Notes under the pieces: generated by a model
The model's input: the letters and a program-made list of their open reading frames with translations, nothing else
What the model was told of the DNA's origin: nothing
The model's database searches: none
Source of the DNA: Thermoplasmata archaeon
GTDB lineage: Archaea; Thermoplasmatota; E2; JACPAO01; JAHFTW01
Direction: 5' to 3'
DNA: 59,352 nucleotides
NCBI GenBank assembly: GCA_034667745.1
Contig: JAXDQP010000023.1
Span: 1 to 59,352, forward strand
Part shown: piece after piece, positions 28,270-37,381 of the stretch
How the letters are laid out: each line of letters begins with the position of its first letter
How positions within the stretch are numbered: the stretch's first letter is position 1
Made by a program: the position numbers and the translations under genes

Positions 28270-29411
28270 CCCCGACCCCCTCGCGCGCCGCCGCGCTGAC
28301 CTGCCTGCTGCTTGCCCTCGCCGCGCTCGTGCCCGCCACGCACGCCGGCAGCTTCGCCCACATGGAGATTACGGACGACGACGATGACGCCGTGCCCGAC
28401 GGCGTCACTTGCCCCGTCGTGCCGGTGCCGTTCCTAGGCTGCCCCGGCTGGGACTTCATGGCGTGCGACGTGGACCTGCACGGCGGCTACGTCACCGACA
28501 CCCCCGACAGCGTCCTGCTCTCCATCTCGATGCGCAGCGACGTCGCGTTCACCACCGAGGCGGTCACGGGCTGCCTCGCCGCCAGCAGCGTGCCTGCGCC
28601 GACCCCGGGAACGGGCGACTTCGACTACCACTTCTTCGTCGATTCCAAGGGCAAGACCTACGACGCGAGCGCGCACCTGGCCTCGGACGGGACGTGGAGC
28701 GTGGGCGGCGTCGCCACCGTTGCCACCGTCACGCCCGCCCCCTCCGGCGCCTGCCCCGCCACGGCTTGCCCTTCGCTGACGCTCACGGTGCCGAAGGCGG
28801 CCCTGGGCGTGCAGGCGGGCGACGTTCTGACCCACCTCTACGCAACCGCGCACGGCGAGGACTCGGTCGATGGCGACTACTCGGTGGCCGACCGCGCGCC
28901 GAGCGCCAACTACGGCCTCGACTACACCATCCTCAACGGCACCGGCGCGGCGGCTCCCGTCTACGCGACGCTGCCCGGGCCGCGCGCCTCGGTGTCGCAG
29001 GCCTTCGGCGTGCCGCACGATGGCACCTACGTCTTCAACTGGACGAGCCCGGCCGGCTCCCTGTCGTTCCTGTTCAACGCGCAGCCCGTGGCGGGGACGC
29101 TCAGCCTCCGCATCGCGACGGCCAGCAACCAGACCCTCGACGCCGAGACGTTCACGGCCGCCACAGCGGGCAACAAGACGCTCACGGGCGCCAGCGGCCC
29201 GCTGACCGTCACGCTGCGCTACGTGGGCTACAACGGCACCTTCACGATGAGCCTCGCCGAGGCGAGGGCTTCACCGGGCACCACCGCCGGCGCGTCCCCC
29301 ACGCTCCCGGGCCCGTCCTCGACGACGGCGAAGAAAGGCACGCCCGCCCTAGGCTTGCTTGGCCTCGCTGGCGCCGTGGGCTTCGCGCTCTTGGTCCGGC
29401 GCCGCCTGTAG
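28266..29411 (+). CDS. Cell-surface glycoprotein with C-terminal TP-TM-RRR sorting signal
   Basis: Signal peptide; S/T/P linker; KKGTPALGLLGLAGAVGFALLVRRRL. Confidence 0.8.
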   Translation: MTPTPSRAAALTCLLLALAALVPATHAGSFAHMEITDDDDDAVPDGVTCPVVPVPFLGCPGWDFMACDVDLHGGYVTDTPDSVLLSISMRSDVAFTTEAVTGCLAASSVPAPTPGTGDFDYHFFVDSKGKTYDASAHLASDGTWSVGGVATVATVTPAPSGACPATACPSLTLTVPKAALGVQAGDVLTHLYATAHGEDSVDGDYSVADRAPSANYGLDYTILNGTGAAAPVYATLPGPRASVSQAFGVPHDGTYVFNWTSPAGSLSFLFNAQPVAGTLSLRIATASNQTLDAETFTAATAGNKTLTGASGPLTVTLRYVGYNGTFTMSLAEARASPGTTAGASPTLPGPSSTTAKKGTPALGLLGLAGAVGFALLVRRRL

Positions 29412-29424
29412 GCGGGTCGGACGC

Positions 29425-29781
29425 TCAGTCCAGAGTGATGCTAGCTTGGTGGAGCTGGTGCTGGAGGCAGAGCGCCGCCAGCGTCGCGCGCTGGGCGCCC
29501 GCGCCGAAGCGGCCGGAGACGCTCAGGCGCAGGCGGGTGACGGCGCCGTCGCCCTCCACGTCGCGGATGGAGAAGCTGGGCCGCGTCTGCGGGTTGCCGA
29601 GCCACTGCTTGAGGTGCGCCTCGATGGCGGCCTTGCCGGCGACGCGGCCGCCGGACCACGGGCTCTGGAACTCCGCGCCGGGCGTCAGCACCTTGGCGGC
29701 GCGGGCGGCGTCGTAGGTGCGCAGGCCCTCGAAGAACTCATGGACTGCGGGGTCCAGGACACCGCGGCCGACCGTGACCAT
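29425..29781 (-). CDS. SnoaL/NTF2-like protein
   Basis: VHEFFEGL..YD, AEFQSPW, GKAAIEAHL pattern. Confidence 0.7.
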   Translation of the reverse strand: MVTVGRGVLDPAVHEFFEGLRTYDAARAAKVLTPGAEFQSPWSGGRVAGKAAIEAHLKQWLGNPQTRPSFSIRDVEGDGAVTRLRLSVSGRFGAGAQRATLAALCLQHQLHQASITLD

Positions 29782-29812
29782 GATGGCGGCGAGCGGGTGG
29801 GGGCGAAAAAGG

Positions 29813-30913
29813 TTAGGTGGCGCGGCGCCGGGCGGCGGCCACGGCGGCCCCGAGGCCCGCCAGGAGAAGCAGCGCGCCCGCGGCGGGGGTGCCCTTGGTG
29901 GTGGAGCTGGTGGTGCCGGTGCCGCCCGTCGCGGTGCGGCTCGTGGTGCCGGGGCTCGCGGACGGGGTGCCGGTGCCGGTCGTCACGGGGACGGGAACGG
30001 CGCGGGGCGCGATGGAGAGCGTCAGGTTGCCCTTGAACGCGGTGTAGTTGATGGCAATGGTCCAGCGGCCCGCCTTGCCGGTGACGTTGAGGGTCACGCT
30101 GCTGTCGCGCAGGGCCTGGGTGACCACGGTGGCGTTGGCGGCGTCGCGCACCTGGACGGTGGCGTTGCCGGTGCCGTGGACGGCGAGGTGGACCGTGGCG
30201 TTGGCGGGGCCCTGCGTCCAGTTGTAGAGGTAGTGGGCGCTCGTCGCGTTGACGAAGCCCTGCGCGAGGTCCACCGTCGGCGTGTCGATGGTGCCGTGCA
30301 GGGTCTTGGCCAGGCCGCCGCCCGTGAGGACGTAGTCGGCACCGGCGCCGGAGTCGGGGGCGCGGTCCTTGATGGTGCCGGCCTGCCCCGCGGTCTTGCC
30401 GGTGGCGTCGATGGAGAGCTTGCTGAGGATGGCGCCCGCCGCGGGGCTGCCGATGGCGCTCTTGGGCACGGTGAGGACGATGAGGTGGTCGCCCGCCGCG
30501 ACCGCGCCGGTGGCCACGCCGCCGGGGGTGACGGCGCCGGTGCCGGGCTTGCCGGAGGCCTGCTCGGCGAGGTCCTGCACGGCGGAGGCGTCGTAGGTCT
30601 TGCCGCCCGCGTCGAAGTGGAAGACCCAGGTCGTGCTGGAGCTGGTGCTGGGGCTGCCGGTGCCGTGCACCTGGACGGTGAGCAGCAGGGAGTCGGCGGT
30701 CTCGGCGACCCAGCCGGCGAGCAGGTCCACGTTCAGGCCGACGGTGGTGCCGGCCGGGGGCTGGGTGGCGATGGGGACCACGCCGCCGACCGCCTGGTCG
30801 TCGGGGCCGTCGCTGATTTCCGGAACCGTGGAGCTGCCGGCGTTGCCGGGCGGGACCAGGCTGAGCAGGAGCAGGGCGGAGAGGAGCAGGATGGGCGTGC
30901 GCACGGCGGCCAC
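29813..30913 (-). CDS. Cell-surface glycoprotein with C-terminal TP-TM-RRR sorting signal (paralog of 28266-29411)
   Basis: Signal peptide; shared GKTYDASA, LTVPK, DRAP, YNWT blocks; KGTPAAGALLLLAGLGAAVAAARRRAT; start 30913 or 30904. Confidence 0.8.
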   Translation of the reverse strand: MAAVRTPILLLSALLLLSLVPPGNAGSSTVPEISDGPDDQAVGGVVPIATQPPAGTTVGLNVDLLAGWVAETADSLLLTVQVHGTGSPSTSSSTTWVFHFDAGGKTYDASAVQDLAEQASGKPGTGAVTPGGVATGAVAAGDHLIVLTVPKSAIGSPAAGAILSKLSIDATGKTAGQAGTIKDRAPDSGAGADYVLTGGGLAKTLHGTIDTPTVDLAQGFVNATSAHYLYNWTQGPANATVHLAVHGTGNATVQVRDAANATVVTQALRDSSVTLNVTGKAGRWTIAINYTAFKGNLTLSIAPRAVPVPVTTGTGTPSASPGTTSRTATGGTGTTSSTTKGTPAAGALLLLAGLGAAVAAARRRAT

Positions 30914-30953
30914 CGCACCCGCACGGGGGGGCCTGGATGAAAAGCCTGCGCGT

Positions 30954-32093
30954 CTAGCAGCGGCGGCGGGCAAGCACGGCCAGCCCGAGGCCGGCGACGA
31001 GCCCCGCCAACGGGAGGCCGGGGGTGCCTTCGCTGCTGGTGCCGCTCCTGGACGCGGAACTGGGGGCCGCGCTGCCTGGGCCAGAGGTGGCGCCCGACGC
31101 CGGCGCGGTCGTTCCGCTATGCGAGGCCGCGCCCGTGCCGGTGGGCCCCGGGGTGGGGCCGGGGGCGCCCGGCGGGGCGATGTCCAGCGTGGCGTTGCCC
31201 GTGAACGCCGTGAAGGAGACCAGGACGGTCCAGTTGCCGGCGGTGCCGTTGGTGAGGACGCTCATCGGGCCGGTGCCGTTGAGGCGGGCGACCGTCCGGT
31301 TGGCGGCGTCGACGACGCGGACGCTGGCGGTGCCGTTGCCGGCCAGGCGCAGCGTCACGTTGGCGGCGGCGGGGCCGCTCGTCCAGTTGTAGTGGTAGTT
31401 GGCCGTGGTGGCGTTGGCGAACGTCCACGCGTGGTGGAACGTCGCGTTGCTGTCCGTCGCGTGGACCGTCGCCACGGCGCCGCCGCCGGCGGGCAGTTGC
31501 TGGACGAAGGGCAGGCGGACCTGCCACGCGTGGTCTGGCGAGACGCCGCGCGGGTAGGCGAGCGAGGTGAAGCAGCCGCACGCGGAGTTCTCCATCGTCA
31601 CGACCATGGAGACCTTCGCGCCGGCCGGGATGGCGGTCGCCGCCACCGTCAGCGGGATGCGGTACTCCGTGATGGAGCCGGTCGGGTTGACGATGTCGTG
31701 CGTGACGCTGTTCTTGGCCAGGCTGACGGTGCCGGCCAGGACCTCGACCGTCACCTTGGTGCCGGGGGAGGGCGCGTTGTTGAAGCCCTTCATCCAGAGG
31801 AGCGCCTCGCCTGCGGTGCCAACGCCCGTGTAGGGGACGGCGGACGCCGCCACCTCGGCAATGGTGATTGTGAGGGGGTCGGGGCTGGGGTCGCCGGTGC
31901 TGGCTTGGTCCGTCTCGCCCTCGGGCGGCAGGAAGTCGAGGAAGGTGCCGGCGCCGGTGGGGTCGGTGAGCTTGTGCACGTACCACGTGGTGCCGGGCAG
32001 GGCGGCGTCGGCGGCGTGCGCAGAGGGCGCGAGGGCGGCGACGCAAAGCAGGATTAACAGGCCGACGGCTAGGGACAGGCGCAAAACAACCAC
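30954..32093 (-). CDS. Cell-surface glycoprotein with C-terminal TP-TM-RRR sorting signal
   Basis: Signal peptide AHA; many N-x-T sequons; EGTPGLPLAGLVAGLGLAVLARRRC. Confidence 0.8.
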   Translation of the reverse strand: MVVLRLSLAVGLLILLCVAALAPSAHAADAALPGTTWYVHKLTDPTGAGTFLDFLPPEGETDQASTGDPSPDPLTITIAEVAASAVPYTGVGTAGEALLWMKGFNNAPSPGTKVTVEVLAGTVSLAKNSVTHDIVNPTGSITEYRIPLTVAATAIPAGAKVSMVVTMENSACGCFTSLAYPRGVSPDHAWQVRLPFVQQLPAGGGAVATVHATDSNATFHHAWTFANATTANYHYNWTSGPAAANVTLRLAGNGTASVRVVDAANRTVARLNGTGPMSVLTNGTAGNWTVLVSFTAFTGNATLDIAPPGAPGPTPGPTGTGAASHSGTTAPASGATSGPGSAAPSSASRSGTSSEGTPGLPLAGLVAGLGLAVLARRRC

Positions 32094-32107
32094 CGGGGCG
32101 GCAGGGA

Positions 32108-32466
32108 CCTTGGTGGCTCAAAAGCCTGTGCGTAGCGACAGGAGGCGCCCAGGAGGGCGCTGGAATGCGAGAAGGAATGGTATCCGTGGACAGTCCTGCT
32201 GCGGCGGAAGACAGGTCCACAGCCCCAGTTCGTTCGAATCCAGCCGCCAGGGTCCGTTTTCCCGAAGGAAATGGCCTTGCGGATGGACACCCAGGTTTTC
32301 CCCCCTACCACGCCCTTGCGGGTGTGGCCTTCGGTTCGCTTGCCCAAGTCTGGCAATCCCTTGCCGGATTGGGTTGGAGGCGAGTTGGCCGCGCCTCTCT
32401 CCTGGATGCTGGAGGGCCAAACCGGCCGAGGCCGGTCTGTCCTGTCCCTTGGGGTGAGCCAAGGGG
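32108..32466. ncRNA. Candidate structured non-coding RNA of unknown family
   Basis: At least eight hairpins plus nested long-range helices (TGGCTCA/TGAGCCA, GACAGGA/TCCTGTC) in a non-coding region lacking codon bias. Confidence 0.55.
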
Positions 32467-32583
32467 CAACCCTATGCTTTGGTGCCCGAGCTACATAGAA
32501 GTTGGGGATAGGGAAACCGAAACTGCTCGCTTGTATACAGGAAAGCCGAGTTCCCCCCGCCCGGAACCGGGCAACGTGACCCC

Positions 32584-33069
32584 ATGGACCCCGCCGCCTT
32601 CGACTTCTCGCTGTTCAACTGGGTCGGCTTCGTGTTGGCCATCGTCGCCAACATGGTCATCGGCTTCGTCTGGTACGCGCCGTGGTTCCCCACCGGCAAG
32701 GTGTGGCTGCGCGACCAGGGCATGGACCCGAGCAACATGCCCAAGATGAAGGGCGCCCAGATGGCGGTCCCGATGGTCCTCATGGTCATCGGCGCGACGC
32801 TGATGATGTTCGTCTTCGCGCACACCAACGGCGTCTACCTCGACGCCTTCCGCAACACCGCCAGCGGCGGCCGCGCGGGCTACCACCTGAGCGTCATGGA
32901 CGGCATCATGGGCGGCTTCTTCACGTGGCTCGGGTTCGTCGTGCCGCTCAACCTGAACGCCGTCGCCTTCGACCGCAAGCCGTGGAGCACCTTCTTCGTC
33001 AACGCGGGCTACTACCTCGTCGCCTTGCTGGTGGCGGGCATCCTCATCGCCACCGTCGGCGCCAAGTAG
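32584..33069 (+). CDS. DUF1761-family membrane protein
   Basis: NWVGFVLAIVA..IGFVWYAP..GKVW, WLGFVVP, FDRKPW..FFVNAGY. Confidence 0.85.
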   Translation: MDPAAFDFSLFNWVGFVLAIVANMVIGFVWYAPWFPTGKVWLRDQGMDPSNMPKMKGAQMAVPMVLMVIGATLMMFVFAHTNGVYLDAFRNTASGGRAGYHLSVMDGIMGGFFTWLGFVVPLNLNAVAFDRKPWSTFFVNAGYYLVALLVAGILIATVGAK

Positions 33070-33077
33070 GCCCCGGT

Positions 33078-33135
33078 TCCGGTTCTCCATCCCTCCTTCC
33101 ATTCCCCCTATTCCCCCCACCCCCATTTTTTTCAG
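33078..33135 (+). terminator. Pyrimidine-rich/oligo-T tract (archaeal-type terminator)
   Basis: C/T tract ending in T7 right after the stop codon. Confidence 0.45.
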
Positions 33136-33157
33136 CCCCTTGCCCGTCGCCGCAGCC

Positions 33158-34279
33158 GTGGCCTCCGGCAAGCGCGACTATTACGACGTCCTCGGGGTGC
33201 CCCGGGACGCCGCCCCGGACGCCATCAAGAAGGCCTACCGCAGGCTCGCCATCCAGCTCCACCCCGACCGCAACAAGGCGGCCGACGCGGAGGACAGGTT
33301 CAAGGAGCTGAGCGAGGCCTACGCGGTGCTCTCCGACGCCGAGAAGAAGGCGCGCTACGACCAGTTCGGCCACTCCGGCATCGACCAGCGCTACAGCAGC
33401 GAGGACCTCTACCGCACCATCGACTTCAGCGACCTCTTCGGCGGCATGGGCTTCGAGTCCATCTTCGGCAACCTCTTCGGCGGGGGCGGCCGCCCGTCCG
33501 GCCCCAGCCGCGGCCGCGACCTGCAGACCCGCCACGCCATCACGCTCGAGGAGGCGTTCGGCGGCACGGAGGCGAAGATCGAGTACTGGCGCCTGGAGGG
33601 CTGCGAGCACTGCAAGGGCAGCGGCGCCGAGCCCGGCAGCAAGGTGGACACCTGCCCCACCTGCAAGGGCCACGGCCAGGTGCAGCGCCTCGTCCGCACC
33701 GCGTTCGGCACCCTGAGCCAGGTCAGCGCCTGCCCCGACTGCCGGGGCGAGGGGCGCCGCGTCGAGACCCCCTGCAAGCACTGCCACGGCTCGGGCCACG
33801 ACCGCCACCGCCGCACCGTCACCGTCACCATCCCCGCCGGCATCGAGGACGGCCAGACCCTGCGCGTGGGCGGCCAGGGCGAGGTGGGCGGGCGCGGCGG
33901 CCCCTACGGCGACCTCTACGTCGAGGTCGAGGTGCGGCCGCACGAGCGCTTCCACCGCGAGGGCGCCGAACTGGTGGTCGAGGTGCCGCTCTCGTTCCCC
34001 GAGGCGGTCCTGGGCGCGCAGCTCAAGGTGCCGACGCTGGACGGCGAGGTCGCCGTGGAGGTGCCGCCCGGCTCCGAGACCGGCAAGGTGCTGCGGGTGC
34101 GCGGCCGGGGCATGCCCCACCTGCGCGGCTCCGGAAGGGGCGACCTGCACGTCCGCCTCCGCGTCGCCGTGCCCGACAAGGTGAGCGACAACGCCCGCCG
34201 CCTCCTGGGGGAGTTGGCGAAGGAGCTGGACGTGGACGCCTCCCGCATGGGCAAGCGCAAGAAAGGCCTATTCGGATAG
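33158..34279 (+). CDS. dnaJ: Chaperone DnaJ
   Basis: KRDYYDVLGV, HPD, G/F region, four CxxCxGxG repeats. Confidence 0.97.
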   Translation: MASGKRDYYDVLGVPRDAAPDAIKKAYRRLAIQLHPDRNKAADAEDRFKELSEAYAVLSDAEKKARYDQFGHSGIDQRYSSEDLYRTIDFSDLFGGMGFESIFGNLFGGGGRPSGPSRGRDLQTRHAITLEEAFGGTEAKIEYWRLEGCEHCKGSGAEPGSKVDTCPTCKGHGQVQRLVRTAFGTLSQVSACPDCRGEGRRVETPCKHCHGSGHDRHRRTVTVTIPAGIEDGQTLRVGGQGEVGGRGGPYGDLYVEVEVRPHERFHREGAELVVEVPLSFPEAVLGAQLKVPTLDGEVAVEVPPGSETGKVLRVRGRGMPHLRGSGRGDLHVRLRVAVPDKVSDNARRLLGELAKELDVDASRMGKRKKGLFG

Positions 34280-34414
34280 GCCCCCGCCGGCCGGGCGCGG
34301 CCAGCGCGGTGGTGGCACCCCTTGGCCCCCTGCTGAAGGCGCGCCGCACCTGTTCGGGGACGGTTTCGCGCCGCGTCGGCAACGTTTAAGCTTCCGGCCT
34401 CGACTTGTGAAGCA

Positions 34415-35122
34415 ATGAGGGGCGCCTTGCCGGCACTCGCGGCCTTCCTGCTGGCCGGCTGCTTCTCCGCGGCCCCCGGCGCGCCCCCCGTGGCGACCGG
34501 CCGCATCGACGGCGCCGTGGTGGACGGCTTCCTCAACCCCTACGCGTTCCAGAACGTGACCCTGGTGAACCTGGGCCTCGTGGACCAGACGAGCAAGCTG
34601 GGCGGCTTCACGTTCCGCGACGTCCCCGCCGGCACCTACACCCTGGTGGCGCAGCGTCCCGGCACCGACGGCGACGTCAAGGTCGTCGAGGTGCGGCCCG
34701 ACCACATCACCCGCGTCATCCTCCAGATGCTGCCGCACCGCGACCCGCTGCCGTTCGTGAGCACCCTGAAGAACACGGCGCGCACCGACCTCGCGATGCC
34801 GGGCGCCGACTGCCCCGACTGCGCGTGGGGGACGTTCCTACTGGAGCAGCCCAAGGAGATGGTGCTGCAGGCGGCGTGGGACGCCGCGCCCGTCGGCGGC
34901 AACAGCCTGAGCCTCCAGCTCGTCACCGACGACGGCACCATCCTTGGCCAAGCCAGCGGCGAGAGCCCGCTGGAAATCATCGTGCACGAGAACCTGCCGA
35001 ACCAGCAGCGCGTCAAGGTCCTCGTCCATTTCGCGGACGACTTCACGCCACGGCCCTTTCAGATGGCCTCCATCCTGGCGCTCTACTACGTCCAGGACCG
35101 CGCCCACCAGGCCGGCCCGTAG
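34415..35122 (+). CDS. Carboxypeptidase-regulatory-like domain lipoprotein (divergent solo copy)
   Basis: Lipobox LAGC; TGRIDGAVVD, GGFTFRDVPAGTY; TTTAAG box about 24 nt upstream. Confidence 0.8.
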   Translation: MRGALPALAAFLLAGCFSAAPGAPPVATGRIDGAVVDGFLNPYAFQNVTLVNLGLVDQTSKLGGFTFRDVPAGTYTLVAQRPGTDGDVKVVEVRPDHITRVILQMLPHRDPLPFVSTLKNTARTDLAMPGADCPDCAWGTFLLEQPKEMVLQAAWDAAPVGGNSLSLQLVTDDGTILGQASGESPLEIIVHENLPNQQRVKVLVHFADDFTPRPFQMASILALYYVQDRAHQAGP

Positions 35123-35182
35123 CCGCCGCCCTCCTGTTGGGTGGTCGCATCCCTTAAGAGGAATCCGGGGGTCGGCCGCCCG

Positions 35183-37372
35183 ATGGCCATCAAGGCGCGC
35201 GACCTGGAACAGCTTGCTGCCCGCGTCGGCCGCGACAACGTCCTGGTGTCGGAGGCCGACCGCCTCGTCTACTCGACCGACGTCGGCGCGCCGCCGGCCA
35301 TCGTGGACCTGCTGGTCAAGCGCAGGGCGGACGCCGTGGTGCGCTGCCGCAGCATCGAGGACGTCGAGACCACCATCCAGTTCTGCCTCAAGCGCCGCAT
35401 CCCCGTCACGCCGCGCGCGGCGGCCACCAACGCCCTCGGCGGCGCGGTCCCGAAGCGCAAGGGCATCGTGCTCGACCTCACGCCGATGGACTCCTTCATC
35501 GCCATCGACGAGAAGGCGCTCACCGTCACCGCCGACGCCGGCGTCGTCGTCTGGGACCTCCAGAGGCGCCTCAACGACGTGGGCCTGGAGCTGCCCTGCT
35601 ACCCGACCTCGGCGCTGGCGGCGACCATCGGCGGCTTCGTCGCAATGGACGGCCACGGCATCCACTCGACGCGCTCCGGCAACATTGGCAAGAGCGTGCT
35701 GGAGGTCGAGGGCGTCAACCCCGACGGCACCCGCTTCCACCTGCGCGACCACGAGGGCCGCAGCTTCCTGGTTGGCCTCGGCGGCTCGACGGGCGTCATC
35801 ACGCGCATCAAGCTCAAGGTCGTGGAGGCCAGCGCCGACAGGCCCGTCCTCGTCACCGTGAAGGACGAGAGGGCCGTGCAGGCCGTCATCGCGGAGGCCA
35901 CGCAGAAGTGGAAGCTCAAGCACGCGATGTTCCACAACGAGGACTTCTTCGCCCTGCGCGCCGAGGCGGCGGGCGCCCGCAAGAACCCGTTCGCGGGCAA
36001 GTGCGCGGTGCTGCTCTGCTTCCGCGAGGCGGACCTCAACGCCGCCAAGCCGGACCTGGAGCGCATGGCGGCCCGCCTCGGCGGCGCCTTGGCCGACGAC
36101 AAGACGGCCGCCGACGAGTGGGCCGCGCGCTTCTACCCCATCCGCGCCAAGAGGCTCGGCCCCAGCCTCGTCGCGGGCGAGGTCTTCGTCCCCGTCGCCA
36201 AGCTCGCGGGCTACCTCCGGAAGCTGCGCGCCAAGGTCGCCGTCAAGGAGCTCTCCGTGGAGGGCCACGTGACCGACGACGGCCGCGTCTACTTCTTCAT
36301 CTTCGCCCTCGACGACGAGCGCCGCCCGAACTACCCGCTCGGCTGGGGCACCTCGGCCTGGATCCTGGGCCTCGCCAAGCGCATGGGCGGGACGGCGTAC
36401 CACCCCGGCGTCTGGCTGCAGTGGGAGGCCAAGCGCTCCTTCGGCGCCAACCGCTACCGCCAGCTCAAGGTGTACAAGGCGCAGGCCGACTACCGGAACC
36501 TGATGAACCCCGGCATGGTGTTCCCCCTGCCGGCGCCCATCCCCGAGTTCGTCTACAAGATGCAGGTCAAGGGCCCCACGCCCGCGCCCAGCCTCGGCTT
36601 CCAGCTCGCCGCCGGCAACCCCGTGCTGCGTCTCGTGGGCGGCTCCATGAAGTACCGCCGCCACAAGAGTTTGGGCGTCAAGGCGGCCGACATCGCTGCG
36701 GACCTGCCGCGCGGCCAGGACCTTGCCCTCTTCTCGGACGACATCTGGGGCGCCGACCTGCCCACCCTCCAGGCTCTCGCCAACCCGGGCAAGCTGCCGA
36801 TGACGCAGACCGTGCGCGGCAAAATGGTCCTCGCCAAGGCGTACCTCCAGAGCCGCATCGCGGACCCATGGAGCCTCAAGCCCGCGCTCGACGTTGCCGA
36901 CCCCGCGCCCGCCGAGGCCGCCGTCGTTCCCGACTACGCGCAGGTGCAGAAGGTCCTCGACGCGTTCCGCCGCGCCGTCGCCGCCGAGGGCGTCACCCTC
37001 ACTGTCAAAGCCGTCGAGGTCAAGGTCGCCGCGAAGGCCGACGCCAGCCACGACGTGGCCAAGGTGGCCGCCAAGAGCGTCAACGTCGAGGAGATCAAGA
37101 AGCAGGCCGCCGCAACGCCCGAGCCGAAGAAGGCGTGGGTGCTGGCCGCGGACTGCATCGTCTGCAACGGCTGCGAGGCCGCCTGCCCGACCAACGCCGC
37201 CATCGTCACCGACACCGCGCGCGTGGACCGCGACCTCTGCATCGCCGACGGCGCCTGCTTCGACGCCTGCCCCACTGGCGCCATCCGCCCCGGCATCGAG
37301 GACCCGGCCACCACCGCCGGCTGGCCGGCCGGCTCGCGCCTCGCGGGCAAGATGGGCAAGCCGCTGGCGTAG
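35183..37372 (+). CDS. FAD-binding oxidoreductase (GlcD/D-lactate dehydrogenase-like) fused to a C-terminal ferredoxin
   Basis: FAD_binding_4 motifs (ATIGG, GGSTGVIT, MNPG); CIVCNGCEAACP and CIADGACFDACP. Confidence 0.88.
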   Translation: MAIKARDLEQLAARVGRDNVLVSEADRLVYSTDVGAPPAIVDLLVKRRADAVVRCRSIEDVETTIQFCLKRRIPVTPRAAATNALGGAVPKRKGIVLDLTPMDSFIAIDEKALTVTADAGVVVWDLQRRLNDVGLELPCYPTSALAATIGGFVAMDGHGIHSTRSGNIGKSVLEVEGVNPDGTRFHLRDHEGRSFLVGLGGSTGVITRIKLKVVEASADRPVLVTVKDERAVQAVIAEATQKWKLKHAMFHNEDFFALRAEAAGARKNPFAGKCAVLLCFREADLNAAKPDLERMAARLGGALADDKTAADEWAARFYPIRAKRLGPSLVAGEVFVPVAKLAGYLRKLRAKVAVKELSVEGHVTDDGRVYFFIFALDDERRPNYPLGWGTSAWILGLAKRMGGTAYHPGVWLQWEAKRSFGANRYRQLKVYKAQADYRNLMNPGMVFPLPAPIPEFVYKMQVKGPTPAPSLGFQLAAGNPVLRLVGGSMKYRRHKSLGVKAADIAADLPRGQDLALFSDDIWGADLPTLQALANPGKLPMTQTVRGKMVLAKAYLQSRIADPWSLKPALDVADPAPAEAAVVPDYAQVQKVLDAFRRAVAAEGVTLTVKAVEVKVAAKADASHDVAKVAAKSVNVEEIKKQAAATPEPKKAWVLAADCIVCNGCEAACPTNAAIVTDTARVDRDLCIADGACFDACPTGAIRPGIEDPATTAGWPAGSRLAGKMGKPLA

Positions 37373-37381
37373 GAAGGAACC

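Noticed and set aside
32108-32466. RNase P RNA, SRP RNA, tmRNA or tRNA identity for the structured region
   Set aside because: No GAGGAAAGUCC/P4 complement (AGGACAGACC on the minus strand cannot form P4) and no CAGG..GGAA..AGCA helix 8. GTTCGAATCC at 32232 lacks a proper T-stem and acceptor spacing.
32165-32749. 194-aa ORF and other short ORFs across the structured region
   Set aside because: No GC3 codon bias or recognisable domain, and it overlaps DUF1761 out of frame
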